The translations under genes and the position numbers were made by a program. Positions 23,025-33,510 of a stretch of DNA of 64,000 bases are shown one piece after another. Numbering within the stretch: the stretch's first letter is position 1; every line of letters starts with the position of its first letter. The stretch is taken from assembly GCF_058153355.1 (NCBI RefSeq), contig NZ_CM177019.1; one strand, written 5' to 3'. Under the pieces are notes generated by a model that saw only the letters and a program-made list of their open reading frames with translations, ran no database searches and was not told where the DNA came from.

Positions 23025-24518
23025 TTAGCCCCAGGTTACCGCTTCCGGTTTATCACCTCTGGCTTTCATTAATGAATCATTATCAATATCGGCTTTATAC
23101 TTTAAGAACTTACCATACATTTGTTTTTCAATGTCTGGATTTTTACCTATCTGATTAATGGTCTCAAAACGATCGGTTTTGAGGTTGTATAAGTACTTTG
23201 GCTTATTGTTACGATCGATGATCATTTTCCAGTCACCATCACGTATCGCCCATTCGTCGGTTGGATCATCCTGGAATGGCATGTCAATTCCGAAGATTAA
23301 TGGCTTTTCACGTTTTAGCGCCTTGTTCTCAAGGACAGGAACCAACGATTCGCCATCAAAAGTGCGGTCCGTCGGTAATTTGAAGTTCATCATTTTCGCC
23401 AGCGTAGGCATCCAGTCCAGACCATAAACGGGAGTATCTGAAACCATTCCCTTTGGAAGATGCTTTCCGTATTTAATAATCGCCGGAACACGGATGCCGC
23501 CTTCCCAAAGATTATCCTTGCGACCACGTAATCCATCAGTTTCCCCTGCCAAATTCAGTTCATAAACTTTACGTGCTTCACGGGTTACTGGGCCGTTATC
23601 ACTGGTAAAAATAACGATGGTGTTATCTTCTTCACCCATCGCTTTGATTTTATCCAGTACTTTTCCAACCTGAGCATCCAGATAACTGATGTTGGCATAA
23701 TATTCTCCTGTACCACGCCAGGGTTTATCCGCCCAGTCGCCATAAAATAAATCAGGATGCTGCTTCTGATAGTCGCTCATATAATGTGAGTACATGTCGA
23801 GGTATTTTTTGGGCGAAGCCAGGGGACTGTGCACTTCGGTAAAAGCGACATAAAGGAAGAAAGGCTTACTATCCTTTTTGTTATCCAACCAGTTAACGAC
23901 TTCCGAACTGACATACTCACCACTCATTTTATCGGCACGAGGTGTGGGTTGCCCGTTACGCAACCAACCCGTCGGATACACCATACCAAAACGGGGACGC
24001 TCCTTCGCATTATCCAGAGTAGCGTCGGTAACAAAACCCGCCGTATTAACCAGTGAGTAATCAAAGCCCATATCTTTTGCCTGAGGCTGATCGGTACGAT
24101 CGCCGCCTGCATTCAGATGCAGCTTACCCATCATGGCCGTGTCATACCCTTGCGCTTTGAGTAGATTAGCAATCGTGAGTTCATTACGCCCTAATGCCAC
24201 ATCTTTTCCCGTTGGGATCCATGAACGTATGCCGGTACGAAATGGCATCCGCCCCGTTAATAACCCCGCTCGCGAAGGAGAACTTAAGGGAGCTGGTGCA
24301 TAGTAGTCAGTAAATTTGACCCCTTCCTGGGCAAGCCTGTCGATATTAGGTGTTTTAACGATCTGATGACCATATGTTGCTAAATCGCCATAACCTAAAT
24401 CATCCGCCATAATAATGACTAAATTAGGTTGTTTAGCCTCTGCGGCTAAGGCAGGACTAAAAGCATTCCCTGTGCAAACTGCAAGGCCGATCAAACTGGC
24501 CATTAACGTTTTCTGCAT
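23025..24518 (-). CDS. periplasmic Ser-type sulfatase (arylsulfatase family)
   Basis: 497 aa with signal peptide MQKTLMASLIGLAVCTGNAFSPALA; metal-binding MADDLGYGDL; formylglycine motif present as S-S-P-S-R-AGLLTGR (Ser in place of Cys). Confidence 0.8.
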   Translation of the reverse strand: MQKTLMASLIGLAVCTGNAFSPALAAEAKQPNLVIIMADDLGYGDLATYGHQIVKTPNIDRLAQEGVKFTDYYAPAPLSSPSRAGLLTGRMPFRTGIRSWIPTGKDVALGRNELTIANLLKAQGYDTAMMGKLHLNAGGDRTDQPQAKDMGFDYSLVNTAGFVTDATLDNAKERPRFGMVYPTGWLRNGQPTPRADKMSGEYVSSEVVNWLDNKKDSKPFFLYVAFTEVHSPLASPKKYLDMYSHYMSDYQKQHPDLFYGDWADKPWRGTGEYYANISYLDAQVGKVLDKIKAMGEEDNTIVIFTSDNGPVTREARKVYELNLAGETDGLRGRKDNLWEGGIRVPAIIKYGKHLPKGMVSDTPVYGLDWMPTLAKMMNFKLPTDRTFDGESLVPVLENKALKREKPLIFGIDMPFQDDPTDEWAIRDGDWKMIIDRNNKPKYLYNLKTDRFETINQIGKNPDIEKQMYGKFLKYKADIDNDSLMKARGDKPEAVTWG

Positions 24519-24538
24519 AATTATTCCCTGATAAAAAA

Positions 24539-25300
24539 TTAGAAATCATAACCAAGCATATAAATCATTTGATCGCCAAAGCCATCGTAGCCCAGCTTAT
24601 TATCGAAATAACGCCACGTCACACTGGCTTTCCAGCGAGGATAGAACTTCCAGGCAATAGTTAAACCGCCATTTAACCCGTTCCGGCCAAATTGCTGCTC
24701 CGTGTAAGCATCGTTCCTGTCCAGTTCTATTTCATTCCAGTTAGATAAAACAAATTTTTCGTCAAATAACATAAATGGCAATACTGCTGTCCAGCCAACA
24801 ACATAACCATTCCAACCATTCGTTTGACCATATTTAGCTGATACGTAGTCACCAGATTGATTATGTAATCCAATATACGGTTTAAAAAAGCCCCACTCGC
24901 CGTTCCAGCCGAGGTAACCGAATCCATAAAACATGTCCAGATCGTCACCCCATGAGTTATCCCATTGGCCATAAATTTTGCCAAAGAATGTCATATCAGA
25001 GTCAAAGAGTCTGACATGCGTCATTGCTGAAACCGTATGATTTCTCCCTGCTACAGCATGATTGAGTACATTACTTTCATAAAATGAGTAAAATTCTGCT
25101 TCTTTAAAATTTACCCCAAAATCCGCAGTCACTTTCCATACTTCACCACGGTGAGTGTTTACAAATCCACTATTCCAGTCTGCATAACCCGCATTTATTG
25201 AACCAAAGGTTCCTTTATATTCTAATGAAGAATATGCAGGAAAATGATAGATAGCTGTTATCAGGGTACACGCAATAAGAAGTCGTCTTTTGGCAGACAT
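24539..25300 (-). CDS. small outer-membrane beta-barrel channel, Tsx/OmpK-family-like
   Basis: 253 aa, signal peptide then a W/G/Y-rich sequence ending ...MIYMLGYDF (C-terminal aromatic typical of OM beta-barrels); 20 bp upstream of the sulfatase gene on the same strand (operon-like). Confidence 0.5.
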   Translation of the reverse strand: MSAKRRLLIACTLITAIYHFPAYSSLEYKGTFGSINAGYADWNSGFVNTHRGEVWKVTADFGVNFKEAEFYSFYESNVLNHAVAGRNHTVSAMTHVRLFDSDMTFFGKIYGQWDNSWGDDLDMFYGFGYLGWNGEWGFFKPYIGLHNQSGDYVSAKYGQTNGWNGYVVGWTAVLPFMLFDEKFVLSNWNEIELDRNDAYTEQQFGRNGLNGGLTIAWKFYPRWKASVTWRYFDNKLGYDGFGDQMIYMLGYDF

Positions 25301-25811
25301 ATAATATGTTCTCCATTCATTGTTTTTATGATTCCATAGGAATTAATACACCAGACAATTCATTTTTATTAAGAATGACCAGGACAGTATATTTAAAGAT
25401 GACTATCGAAGCGTGATGAAGATCGCAGATTACTTTTGCGAACGGGCGGAGAGATATCGTGTTTCAGAAAATGTGTCTGTTTTAAATATCACCCTTTGAT
25501 TTATAGGCATTTTTCATGATGAACTTAGCATTGACTGCTGAACGTATTTCTTTGTCTCTCTATAGTATTACACTAACCTTTAATAATTAATTTCCTTTAG
25601 CTATTCACTTTTGAAAGAGGAAAACACCTTTTTTTGTGAATCCCTGGATATATTTAAGTTAAATAAATTGATGTATTGAAATATTATTCCGTAAAAATGC
25701 GAGGCGTCTTCAGAAAAAGAATTGATAAAACAGAAGTGAATTAAAAGCGCTGTATAATAGCGGCGGGTGCTTGAGGCTATCTGTCTCAGGCATTAGCTGA
25801 ACGGCAGATAG

Positions 25812-25866
25812 AGAAAAGCCCCGAGTGATATTTTACCATCAACCCGAGGCCCCCTATATGCTGAAC
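25812..25866 (-). ncRNA. sokC: SokC antisense RNA (approximate position, placed from K-12 geometry)
   Basis: hok/sok loci encode a short antisense RNA overlapping the mok start; coordinates are inferred relative to the mokC start at 25858, not seen directly. Confidence 0.35.
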
Positions 25867-26067
25867 ACATGTAGAGTGCCTCTTACTGACCGTAAGGTCA
25901 AGGAGAAGAGAGCAATGAAGCAGCATAAGGCGATGATTGTCGCCCTGATCGTCATCTGTATCACCGCCGTAGTGGCGGCGCTGGTAACGAGAAAAGACCT
26001 CTGTGAGGTTCACATCCGAACTGGCCAGACGGAGGTTGCTGTTTTCACGGCTTACGAATCCGGGTAA
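25858..26067 (+). CDS. mokC: mokC, overlapping reading frame regulating hokC translation
   Basis: ORF MLNTCRVPLTDRKVKEKRAMKQHKAM... overlapping hokC in the same frame (track ORF 25825..26067 trimmed). Confidence 0.6.
   Translation: MLNTCRVPLTDRKVKEKRAMKQHKAMIVALIVICITAVVAALVTRKDLCEVHIRTGQTEVAVFTAYESG
25915..26067 (+). CDS. hokC: Hok/Gef-family small membrane toxin
   Basis: 50 aa, MKQHKAMIVALIVICITAVVAALVTRKDLCEVHIRTGQTEVAVFTAYESG, a near-exact Hok/Gef sequence. Confidence 0.85.
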   Translation: MKQHKAMIVALIVICITAVVAALVTRKDLCEVHIRTGQTEVAVFTAYESG

Positions 26068-26170
26068 GAGCAACGGCGGGGAGTGATCCCCGCCACTTTA
26101 CAGGTGCTCGCATATCTTCAACGCACCCTGTTTTTTACCTGGCCTGCCCACGGGCAGGCTTTTGGGGAGG

Positions 26171-27301
26171 TTAGCGAGTCAGGTCGTCGAAAAACTTCTT
26201 CACACCATCAAAGAAGCTCTTTGAACGCGGGCTGTTGTGCTCGCCGGTTGGGCCACCGAAGCTTTCCTGCAGCTCTTGCAGCAGCTGTTTCTGCTTCTCG
26301 TTCAGACCTACCGGTGTTTCGACGACAACGCGGCACAGCAAGTCACCTTGCGCACCGCCGCGAACAGACTTGACGCCTTTACCGCGCATACGGAACAGCT
26401 TACCGGTCTGGGTTTCGCCAGGCACTTTCAGTTTGACGCGACCATCAAGGGTCGGTACTTCGATTTCGCCACCCAGCGCTGCCATAGCGAAGTTGATCGG
26501 GACTTCGCAATACAGGTTGTTACCTTCACGCTCGAAAATCGGGTGCTGTTTAACCTGAACCTGAACGTACAGATCGCCTGCCGGTGCGCCATGCTCGCCC
26601 GCTTCACCTTCGCCCGCAAGACGGATGCGGTCTCCAGTGTCCACTCCTGCCGGGATTTTAACGGACAGCGTTTTGCTGCGCTCAACACGACCATGACCAT
26701 GACATTTGTTGCACGGATCTTTGATCAGCGTACCGCGGCCCTGACAGTGTGGACAGGTCTGCTGTACAGCGAAGAAGCCCTGGCGCATCTGCACCTGACC
26801 AGAGCCATGACAGGTCGGACAGGTCTGCGGCTGTGTACCTGGTTTTGCACCGCTACCGTGGCAAACGTCACACTCTTCCAGAGTCGGAATGCGGATCTCT
26901 TTGGTCACGCCACGTACAGCTTCTTCGAGGGTGAGCTCCATGTTATAGCGTAAATCAGCACCGCGCGCCGCACGTTGACGACCACGTCCGCCGCCAAAAA
27001 TATCGCCGAAAACGTCACCAAAAATATCGCTGAAGTCTGCGCCGCCGCCAAAACCGCCGCCGCCCATGCCGCCTTGCTCAAACGCAGCATGACCATACTG
27101 ATCGTATGCCGCACGTTTTTGCGAGTCGGTCAGAACTTCATAAGCTTCCTTGATCTCTTTAAATTTCGCCTCGGCCTCTTTGTCACCCTGGTTACGGTCC
27201 GGGTGGTATTTCATGGCCAGGCGTTTGTAGGCCTTTTTGATTTCACGCTCTTCCGCTGTTTTGGAAACGCCTAAAATCTCGTAATAATCTTGCTTAGCCA
27301 T
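26171..27301 (-). CDS. dnaJ: chaperone DnaJ (Hsp40)
   Basis: Track ORF trimmed to [40 protein letters not shown] (J domain); G/F-rich region and four CxxCxGxG zinc-finger repeats visible. Confidence 0.95.
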
Positions 27302-27389
27302 CTTTTTTGATTTGCCCCTAGATGAATGCACGGGCGGAGAGGAAATTCCCCTTCGCCCGTGTCAGTATAATTACCCGTTTATAGGGCGA

Positions 27390-29306
27390 TTATTTTTTGT
27401 CTTTGACTTCTTCAAATTCAGCGTCGACAACATCGTCATCTTTCTCGTTGTTTGCAGAAGCATCAGCACCGGCAGTCTGCTGCTGGGCATGTTGCTGCTG
27501 GGCGATTTCCATCAGTTTCTGGGAAACCTGTGCCAGTTCCTGCATTTTCGCTTCGATAGCGGCTTTGTCTTCACCTTTCAGAGCAGTTTCCAGTGCAGTC
27601 AGCGCAGACTCGATAGCAGTTTTGTCGTCAGCCGGCAGTTTGTCGCCTGCTTCTTCAACCTGCTTACGGGTGCTGTGCAGCAGATGGTCGCCCTGGTTGC
27701 GAGTCTGTACCAGCTCTTCAAACTTACGGTCAGCTTCGGCGTTCGCTTCTGCGTCGCGTACCATTTTCTGGATTTCATCTTCGTTCAGACCAGAAGAAGC
27801 CTTGATGGTGATCTTCTGCTCTTTACCGCTGTTTTTATCTTTCGCGGAAACGTGCAGGATACCGTCAGCATCGATATCGAAGGTAACTTCGATCTGCGGC
27901 ATGCCGCGCGGTGCCGGGTTGATACCATCCAGGTTGAACTGACCCAGAGATTTGTTATCAGCTGCACGTTTACGTTCACCCTGCAGCACATGGATGGTTA
28001 CCGCAGACTGGTTGTCTTCAGCGGTAGAGAACACCTGGCTGTGCTTGGTCGGGATAGTGGTGTTTTTCGCGATCAGCGTCGTCATCACACCGCCCATGGT
28101 TTCGATACCCAGAGACAGCGGGGTAACGTCCAGCAGCAGTACGTCTTTTACGTCACCAGTCAGAACACCACCCTGAACAGCAGCACCGATGGCTACAGCT
28201 TCGTCCGGGTTAACGTCTTTACGCGGCTCTTTACCAAAGAATTCAGCAACTTTCTTCTGAACCATTGGCATACGAGTCTGACCACCAACGAGGATAACGT
28301 CGTCGATATCAGATACGGACAGGCCAGCGTCCTGCAGTGCAACTTTCAGCGGCTCAATGGAACGGTTTACCAGGTCTTCAACCAGGCTTTCCAGTTTCGC
28401 ACGAGTCACTTTGATGTTCATGTGTTTCGGACCGGTCGCGTCTGCAGTGATATACGGCAGGTTAACGTCGGTCTGCTGAGCGGAAGAAAGTTCGATTTTC
28501 GCTTTTTCTGCCGCTTCTTTCAGGCGCTGCATTGCCAGCGGATCGTTGCGCAGGTCAATGCCCTGATCTTTTTTGAATTCTTCAACCAGATAGTTAATCA
28601 GACGGCTGTCGAAGTCTTCACCACCCAGGTGGGTATCACCGTTGGTTGCCAGAACTTCGAAGGTTTTTTCGCCGTCAACTTCGTCGATTTCGATAATAGA
28701 AATATCGAAAGTACCACCACCCAGGTCATAAACCGCGATAGTACGGTTGCCAGTACCTTTGTCCAGACCATAAGCCAGCGCAGCTGCGGTCGGTTCGTTG
28801 ATGATACGTTTTACTTCCAGACCAGCGATACGGCCTGCGTCTTTGGTTGCCTGACGCTGAGCATCGTTAAAGTATGCCGGTACGGTAATAACCGCTTCAG
28901 TTACCGGTTCGCCCAGGTAATCTTCCGCGGTTTTCTTCATTTTTTTCAGCACTTCAGCAGAAATCTGCGGCGGTGCCATTTTTTGGCCTTTAACTTCGAC
29001 CCAAGCGTCGCCGTTATCAGCAGCAATAATTTTGAACGGCATGATGGAAACATCACGCTGTACTTCTTCGTCCTGGAAGCGGCGGCCAATCAGGCGTTTA
29101 ATCGCAAACAGGGTGTTTTGCGGGTTTGTCACTGCCTGACGTTTAGCCGGCTGACCAACCAGAGTTTCACCATCCTGGGTATAGGCAATGATAGAAGGCG
29201 TGGTGCGATCGCCTTCGGCGTTCTCCAGTACACGAGGAGTGGTGCCATCCATAATCGCTACACAAGAGTTGGTAGTACCCAGGTCGATACCAATTATTTT
29301 ACCCAT
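27390..29306 (-). CDS. dnaK: chaperone DnaK (Hsp70)
   Basis: 638 aa, [42 protein letters not shown]... Confidence 0.97.
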
Positions 29307-29683
29307 CTAAACGTCTCCACTATATATTCGGTCATCATGTGGTTGTGAGTCTGTAATAGGGGCGAAACGTTTGGTTTCAACAGCCCAATTTCATTTTTTT
29401 TGCAGACTCACTCACTGCGGTTGACTACTAAATGGGGTCGTAACCCACGTCATCAAGGGGGAGATGCAAAAATTTTTTGTGCTTTTGCGCAGAAATTTCG
29501 CGATATGCCAGAAGAAGCCATGAAACAGACTGTAATTTCATTCATATAAAGAATGAATCACAACCAAGGCATTCACCAAAAAATTGTAATAAAAAGAAAA
29601 GATTACATGACTGAAACTTCTTTTCATCAGCAGTAAACTAGTGGGTATTCTTCCCCCTTCCCCTCCCTACGAAGAGAATCCTT

Positions 29684-30088
29684 ATGAAATCCGTTTTTAC
29701 GATTTCCGCCAGCCTGGCAATTAGCCTGTTGCTTTGCTGCACAGCGCAGGCAAACGACCATAAAATCCTCGGCGTCATTGCGATGCCGCGTAACGAAACC
29801 AACGATCTGGCGCTGAAACTTCCTGTTTGTCGCATTGTTAAACGCATTCAACTTACTGCCGACCATGGCGATTTACAGTTAAGTGGTGCATCGGTTTATT
29901 TCAAAGCCGCCCGTAGCGCCAGTCAGAGCCTGAATATTCCTTCAGAAATAAAAGAAGGGCAAACCACTGACTGGATCAACATTAACAGCGATAACGACAA
30001 TAAACGCTGCGTCTCAAAAATCACCTTTTCCGGCCATACGGTGAACTCATCGGATATGGCCACGCTGAAAATTATCGGCGACGACTAA
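29684..30088 (+). CDS. yaaI: uncharacterised secreted protein YaaI (DUF2541)
   Basis: 134 aa with signal peptide [23 protein letters not shown]; position next to dnaK. Confidence 0.8.
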   Translation: MKSVFTISASLAISLLLCCTAQANDHKILGVIAMPRNETNDLALKLPVCRIVKRIQLTADHGDLQLSGASVYFKAARSASQSLNIPSEIKEGQTTDWININSDNDNKRCVSKITFSGHTVNSSDMATLKIIGDD

Positions 30089-30113
30089 CGCCAGAATATA
30101 GAAGCCACAAAAA

Positions 30114-30827
30114 ATGAATGTTAATTACCTGAATGATTCAGATCTGGATTTTCTCCAGCATTGTAGTGAGGAACAATTGGCAAATTTCGCCCGGCTGCTC
30201 ACCCATAATGAAAAAGGCAAAACTCGCCTCTCCAGCGTACTGATGCGCAACGAACTGTTTAAATCGATGGAAGGACATCCCGAGCAACATCGCCGCAACT
30301 GGCAGCTGATTGCCGGAGAATTACAGCATTTTGGTGGCGATAGTATCGCCAACAAACTGCGTGGACACGGTAAATTGTATCGGGCCATTTTGCTCGATGT
30401 TTCAAAACGATTGAAGCTGAAAGCCGACAAAGAGATGTCTACGTTTGAAATTGAGCAACAGTTACTGGAACAATTTCTGCGTAATACCTGGAAGAAAATG
30501 GACGAGGAACATAAGCAGGAGTTTCTGCACGCGGTCGATGCCAGGGTGAATGAGCTGGAAGAGCTGCTGCCGCTGCTGATGAAAGACAAATTATTGGCAA
30601 AAGGCGTGTCGCATTTGCTTTCCAGCCAATTGACCCGCATTTTACGCACCCACGCAGCAATGAGCGTACTTGGGCATGGTTTGCTGCGCGGCGCGGGGCT
30701 GGGAGGCCCTGTAGGCGCGGCACTAAATGGGGTTAAAGCGGTCAGCGGCAGCGCCTATCGCGTGACGATTCCAGCCGTACTGCAAATCGCCTGCCTGCGC
30801 CGGATGGTTAGTGCCACTCAGGTCTGA
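30114..30827 (+). CDS. yaaW: uncharacterised protein YaaW
   Basis: 237 aa, MNVNYLNDSDLDFLQHCSEEQLANFARLLTHNEKGK...; conserved position between yaaI and satP. Confidence 0.8.
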   Translation: MNVNYLNDSDLDFLQHCSEEQLANFARLLTHNEKGKTRLSSVLMRNELFKSMEGHPEQHRRNWQLIAGELQHFGGDSIANKLRGHGKLYRAILLDVSKRLKLKADKEMSTFEIEQQLLEQFLRNTWKKMDEEHKQEFLHAVDARVNELEELLPLLMKDKLLAKGVSHLLSSQLTRILRTHAAMSVLGHGLLRGAGLGGPVGAALNGVKAVSGSAYRVTIPAVLQIACLRRMVSATQV

Positions 30828-30975
30828 TACCGGAAACCGGGGAAAATTTTCATTTTCCCTTCAAAAGATCGTAGACACTGCCCCACTGGCTGATTATTAT
30901 GCCGCGCCCTGAAAACACTACAGTTATTCAGGGAAATTATTTCACCATTCATTCGATGATGATTTTTGAGGAATT

Positions 30976-31542
30976 ATGGGCAACACTAAGTTGGCTAATC
31001 CGGCACCGCTGGGCCTGATGGGCTTCGGCATGACCACCATTCTGCTTAACCTGCACAACGTGGGTTATTTCGCTCTTGACGGTATTATTCTTGCAATGGG
31101 CATTTTCTACGGCGGCATCGCGCAAATTTTTGCTGGTCTGCTGGAGTACAAAAAAGGCAACACTTTCGGTTTAACCGCATTCACCTCTTACGGTTCTTTC
31201 TGGCTGACGCTGGTTGCGATTCTGCTGATGCCGAAACTGGGTCTGACCGATGCGCCAAATGCACAGTTCCTTGGTGTCTACCTTGGTCTGTGGGGCGTAT
31301 TTACGCTGTTTATGTTCTTCGGCACGCTGAAAGGCGCACGCGTTCTGCAATTCGTTTTCTTTAGCCTGACCGTGCTGTTTGCCCTGCTGGCGATCGGTAA
31401 CATTGTCGGTAATGCCGCGATCATCCACTTTGCCGGCTGGATTGGTCTGATCTGCGGTGCCAGCGCAATCTATCTGGCGATGGGTGAAGTACTGAACGAG
31501 CAGTTTGGTCGCACCGTTCTGCCGATTGGTGAATCCCACTAA
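30976..31542 (+). CDS. satP: succinate-acetate/proton symporter (GPR1/FUN34/YaaH family)
   Basis: 188 aa, MGNTKLANPAPLGLMGFGMTTILLNLHNVGYF..., six-TM profile. Confidence 0.92.
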   Translation: MGNTKLANPAPLGLMGFGMTTILLNLHNVGYFALDGIILAMGIFYGGIAQIFAGLLEYKKGNTFGLTAFTSYGSFWLTLVAILLMPKLGLTDAPNAQFLGVYLGLWGVFTLFMFFGTLKGARVLQFVFFSLTVLFALLAIGNIVGNAAIIHFAGWIGLICGASAIYLAMGEVLNEQFGRTVLPIGESH

Positions 31543-31552
31543 TTGTTTTGAG

Positions 31553-31580
31553 ATCCCCCCGCTCGGGGGGATTTTTTTAT
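31553..31580 (+). terminator. rho-independent terminator after satP
   Basis: cccccc-gctc-gggggg hairpin followed by a T7 run. Confidence 0.8.
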
Positions 31581-32164
31581 TCGCTAACTTCGCGTCTTGC
31601 ACTCTTCGGTCTGAATGCTGCAACTACTTCCGGTGCCGTTTCAACGTATGGCCCTTCCAGCAACTGAATGCAGTACGGTACGCTGGCAAAAATACCGTGT
31701 ACCACAACGTTACCCTCTGCATCCTTCACCCCTTCCAGCGTCTCTTTAATAGACTTCGGCTGACCGGGTAAGTTAAGGATTAGTGCTTGTTTGCGAATCA
31801 CGCCCACCTGGCGCGAAAGGATCGCGGTTGGAACAAAATGCAGGCTAATTTGGCGCATCTGTTCACCAAAGCCCGGCATCTCGCGGTCCGCTACTGCCAG
31901 CGTCGCATCGGGCGTTACGTCACGACGCGCCGGACCAGTTCCGCCCGTGGTGAGCACCAGATGGCAACTCATTTCATCCACCAGCTCACTCAACGTTTGC
32001 TCAATGATCGCCTGCTCATCGGGGATTAAGCGGGTTTCCAGTTCAAACGGCGTGGTTAGCGCCGATGTCAGCCATTCTTCCAGCGCAGGGATGCCTTTAT
32101 CCTGATAAACGCCGCTGGATGCGCGATCAGAGATGGAAACTAAGCCAATACGTAAAGTATTCAT
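31577..32164 (-). CDS. mog: molybdopterin adenylyltransferase
   Basis: Track ORF trimmed to MNTLRIGLVSISDRASSGVYQDKGIPALEEWL... (195 aa). Confidence 0.92.
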   Translation of the reverse strand: MNTLRIGLVSISDRASSGVYQDKGIPALEEWLTSALTTPFELETRLIPDEQAIIEQTLSELVDEMSCHLVLTTGGTGPARRDVTPDATLAVADREMPGFGEQMRQISLHFVPTAILSRQVGVIRKQALILNLPGQPKSIKETLEGVKDAEGNVVVHGIFASVPYCIQLLEGPYVETAPEVVAAFRPKSARREVSE

Positions 32165-32278
32165 CAAGATTTTTCCGTTTAAACAGTCTCGTTAAACAGA
32201 ATGATACACTGCGAAGGGAGTGACAGACAGGCTTCAGAAGAGGTAGCGTGACCGACTTCCCGGTCACGCTAAGAATGA

Positions 32279-33232
32279 TTACAGCAGATCGCCGATCATT
32301 TTTTCCAGTTTTTCCTGGTCAACAGCAAACTTACGGATACCTTCTGCCAGTTTATCTACTGCCATTGGATCCTGGTTGTGCTGCCACAGGAACTCGGACT
32401 CAGTGATACGCGCCGGACGCGCTTTCACTTCGCCGGTGTAAGACAGTTTACGCTCGATAGCCCCTTCGCTCTCAGCCAGCTCTTTCAGCAGTGCCGGTGC
32501 GATGGTCAGACGGTCGCAGCCTGCCAGTTCCAGAATTTCGCCGATGTTACGGAAGCTTGCGCCCATAACCACGGTTTCATAACCGTGCTCTTTGTAGTAC
32601 TGGTAGATTTCAGATACAGAAACCACACCCGGATCTTCTGCCGGAGCGTACTCTTTCTTATCGGTATTCGCTTTGTACCAGTCAAGAATACGGCCAACAA
32701 ACGGCGAGATCAGGAACACGCCCGCTTCCGCACAAGCACGAGCCTGAGCGAAGGAGAACAACAGGGTCAGGTTACAGTTGATACCTTCTTTTTCCAGCTG
32801 TTCTGCAGCACGGATACCCTGCCAGGTAGAAGCCAGTTTGATCAGAATACGATCGTTGCTAATACCTGCATCGTTGTAGAGTTTGATCAGGCGTTTTGCT
32901 TTCGCAATTGACGCTTCGGTGTCATAGGAAAGACGCGCATCAACCTCAGTTGAGATACGGCCCGGAACCAGTTTCAGGATTTCCAGACCAATATTTACTG
33001 CCAGTTTGTCGGTCGCGTCCACGATCTGCTGCGCGCGATCGTTGCTCTGCTGTTTCGCCCAGGCGACAGCATCATCAATCAACTTACGATATTCCGGAAT
33101 CTGCGCTGCGTTAAGAATGAGAGAAGGGTTAGTTGTGGCATCCTGCGGTTGATACAGCTTCATTGCCGCGATGTCCCCAGTGTCGGCCACTACGGTGGTG
33201 TACTGACGAAGGGAGGTCAATTTGTCCGTCAT
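32279..33232 (-). CDS. talB: transaldolase B
   Basis: Track ORF 32279..33295 trimmed to [40 protein letters not shown]... (317 aa). Confidence 0.95.
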
Positions 33233-33510
33233 GATAGTATTTCTCTTTAAACAGCTTGTTAGGGGGATGTAACCGGTCTGCCCTGATGATATCACGACGC
33301 AACGTCAGCGCAACCGCCGACAAGACGGTTATCGCCTGGCGAGACTGTTTCGGATTTCTGACACTGCGTTGATATCGCCCGCCATTTTTATACAAAACCT
33401 CATGTATGCTACGCAGAAGTTATCAAGTACCTCGTAGCGTATATACTTCTTAAACAATTGGTAACGTTTACACAGGAAAGTCATCGCGACCGGCAATAAG
33501 AGGGATATGC

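Noticed and set aside
27302-27389. dnaK-dnaJ intergenic spacer as a possible small RNA (tpke11 position)
   Set aside because: Only 88 bp, with no obvious promoter-plus-terminator architecture on reading; the historical sRNA annotation here is doubtful, so not called.
30125-30649. 174-aa minus-strand ORF inside yaaW (the htgA/mbiA position)
   Set aside because: Entirely antisense to the conserved yaaW frame; historically annotated in K-12, but I see nothing in the sequence to support an independent protein-coding gene, so it is not reported as a feature.
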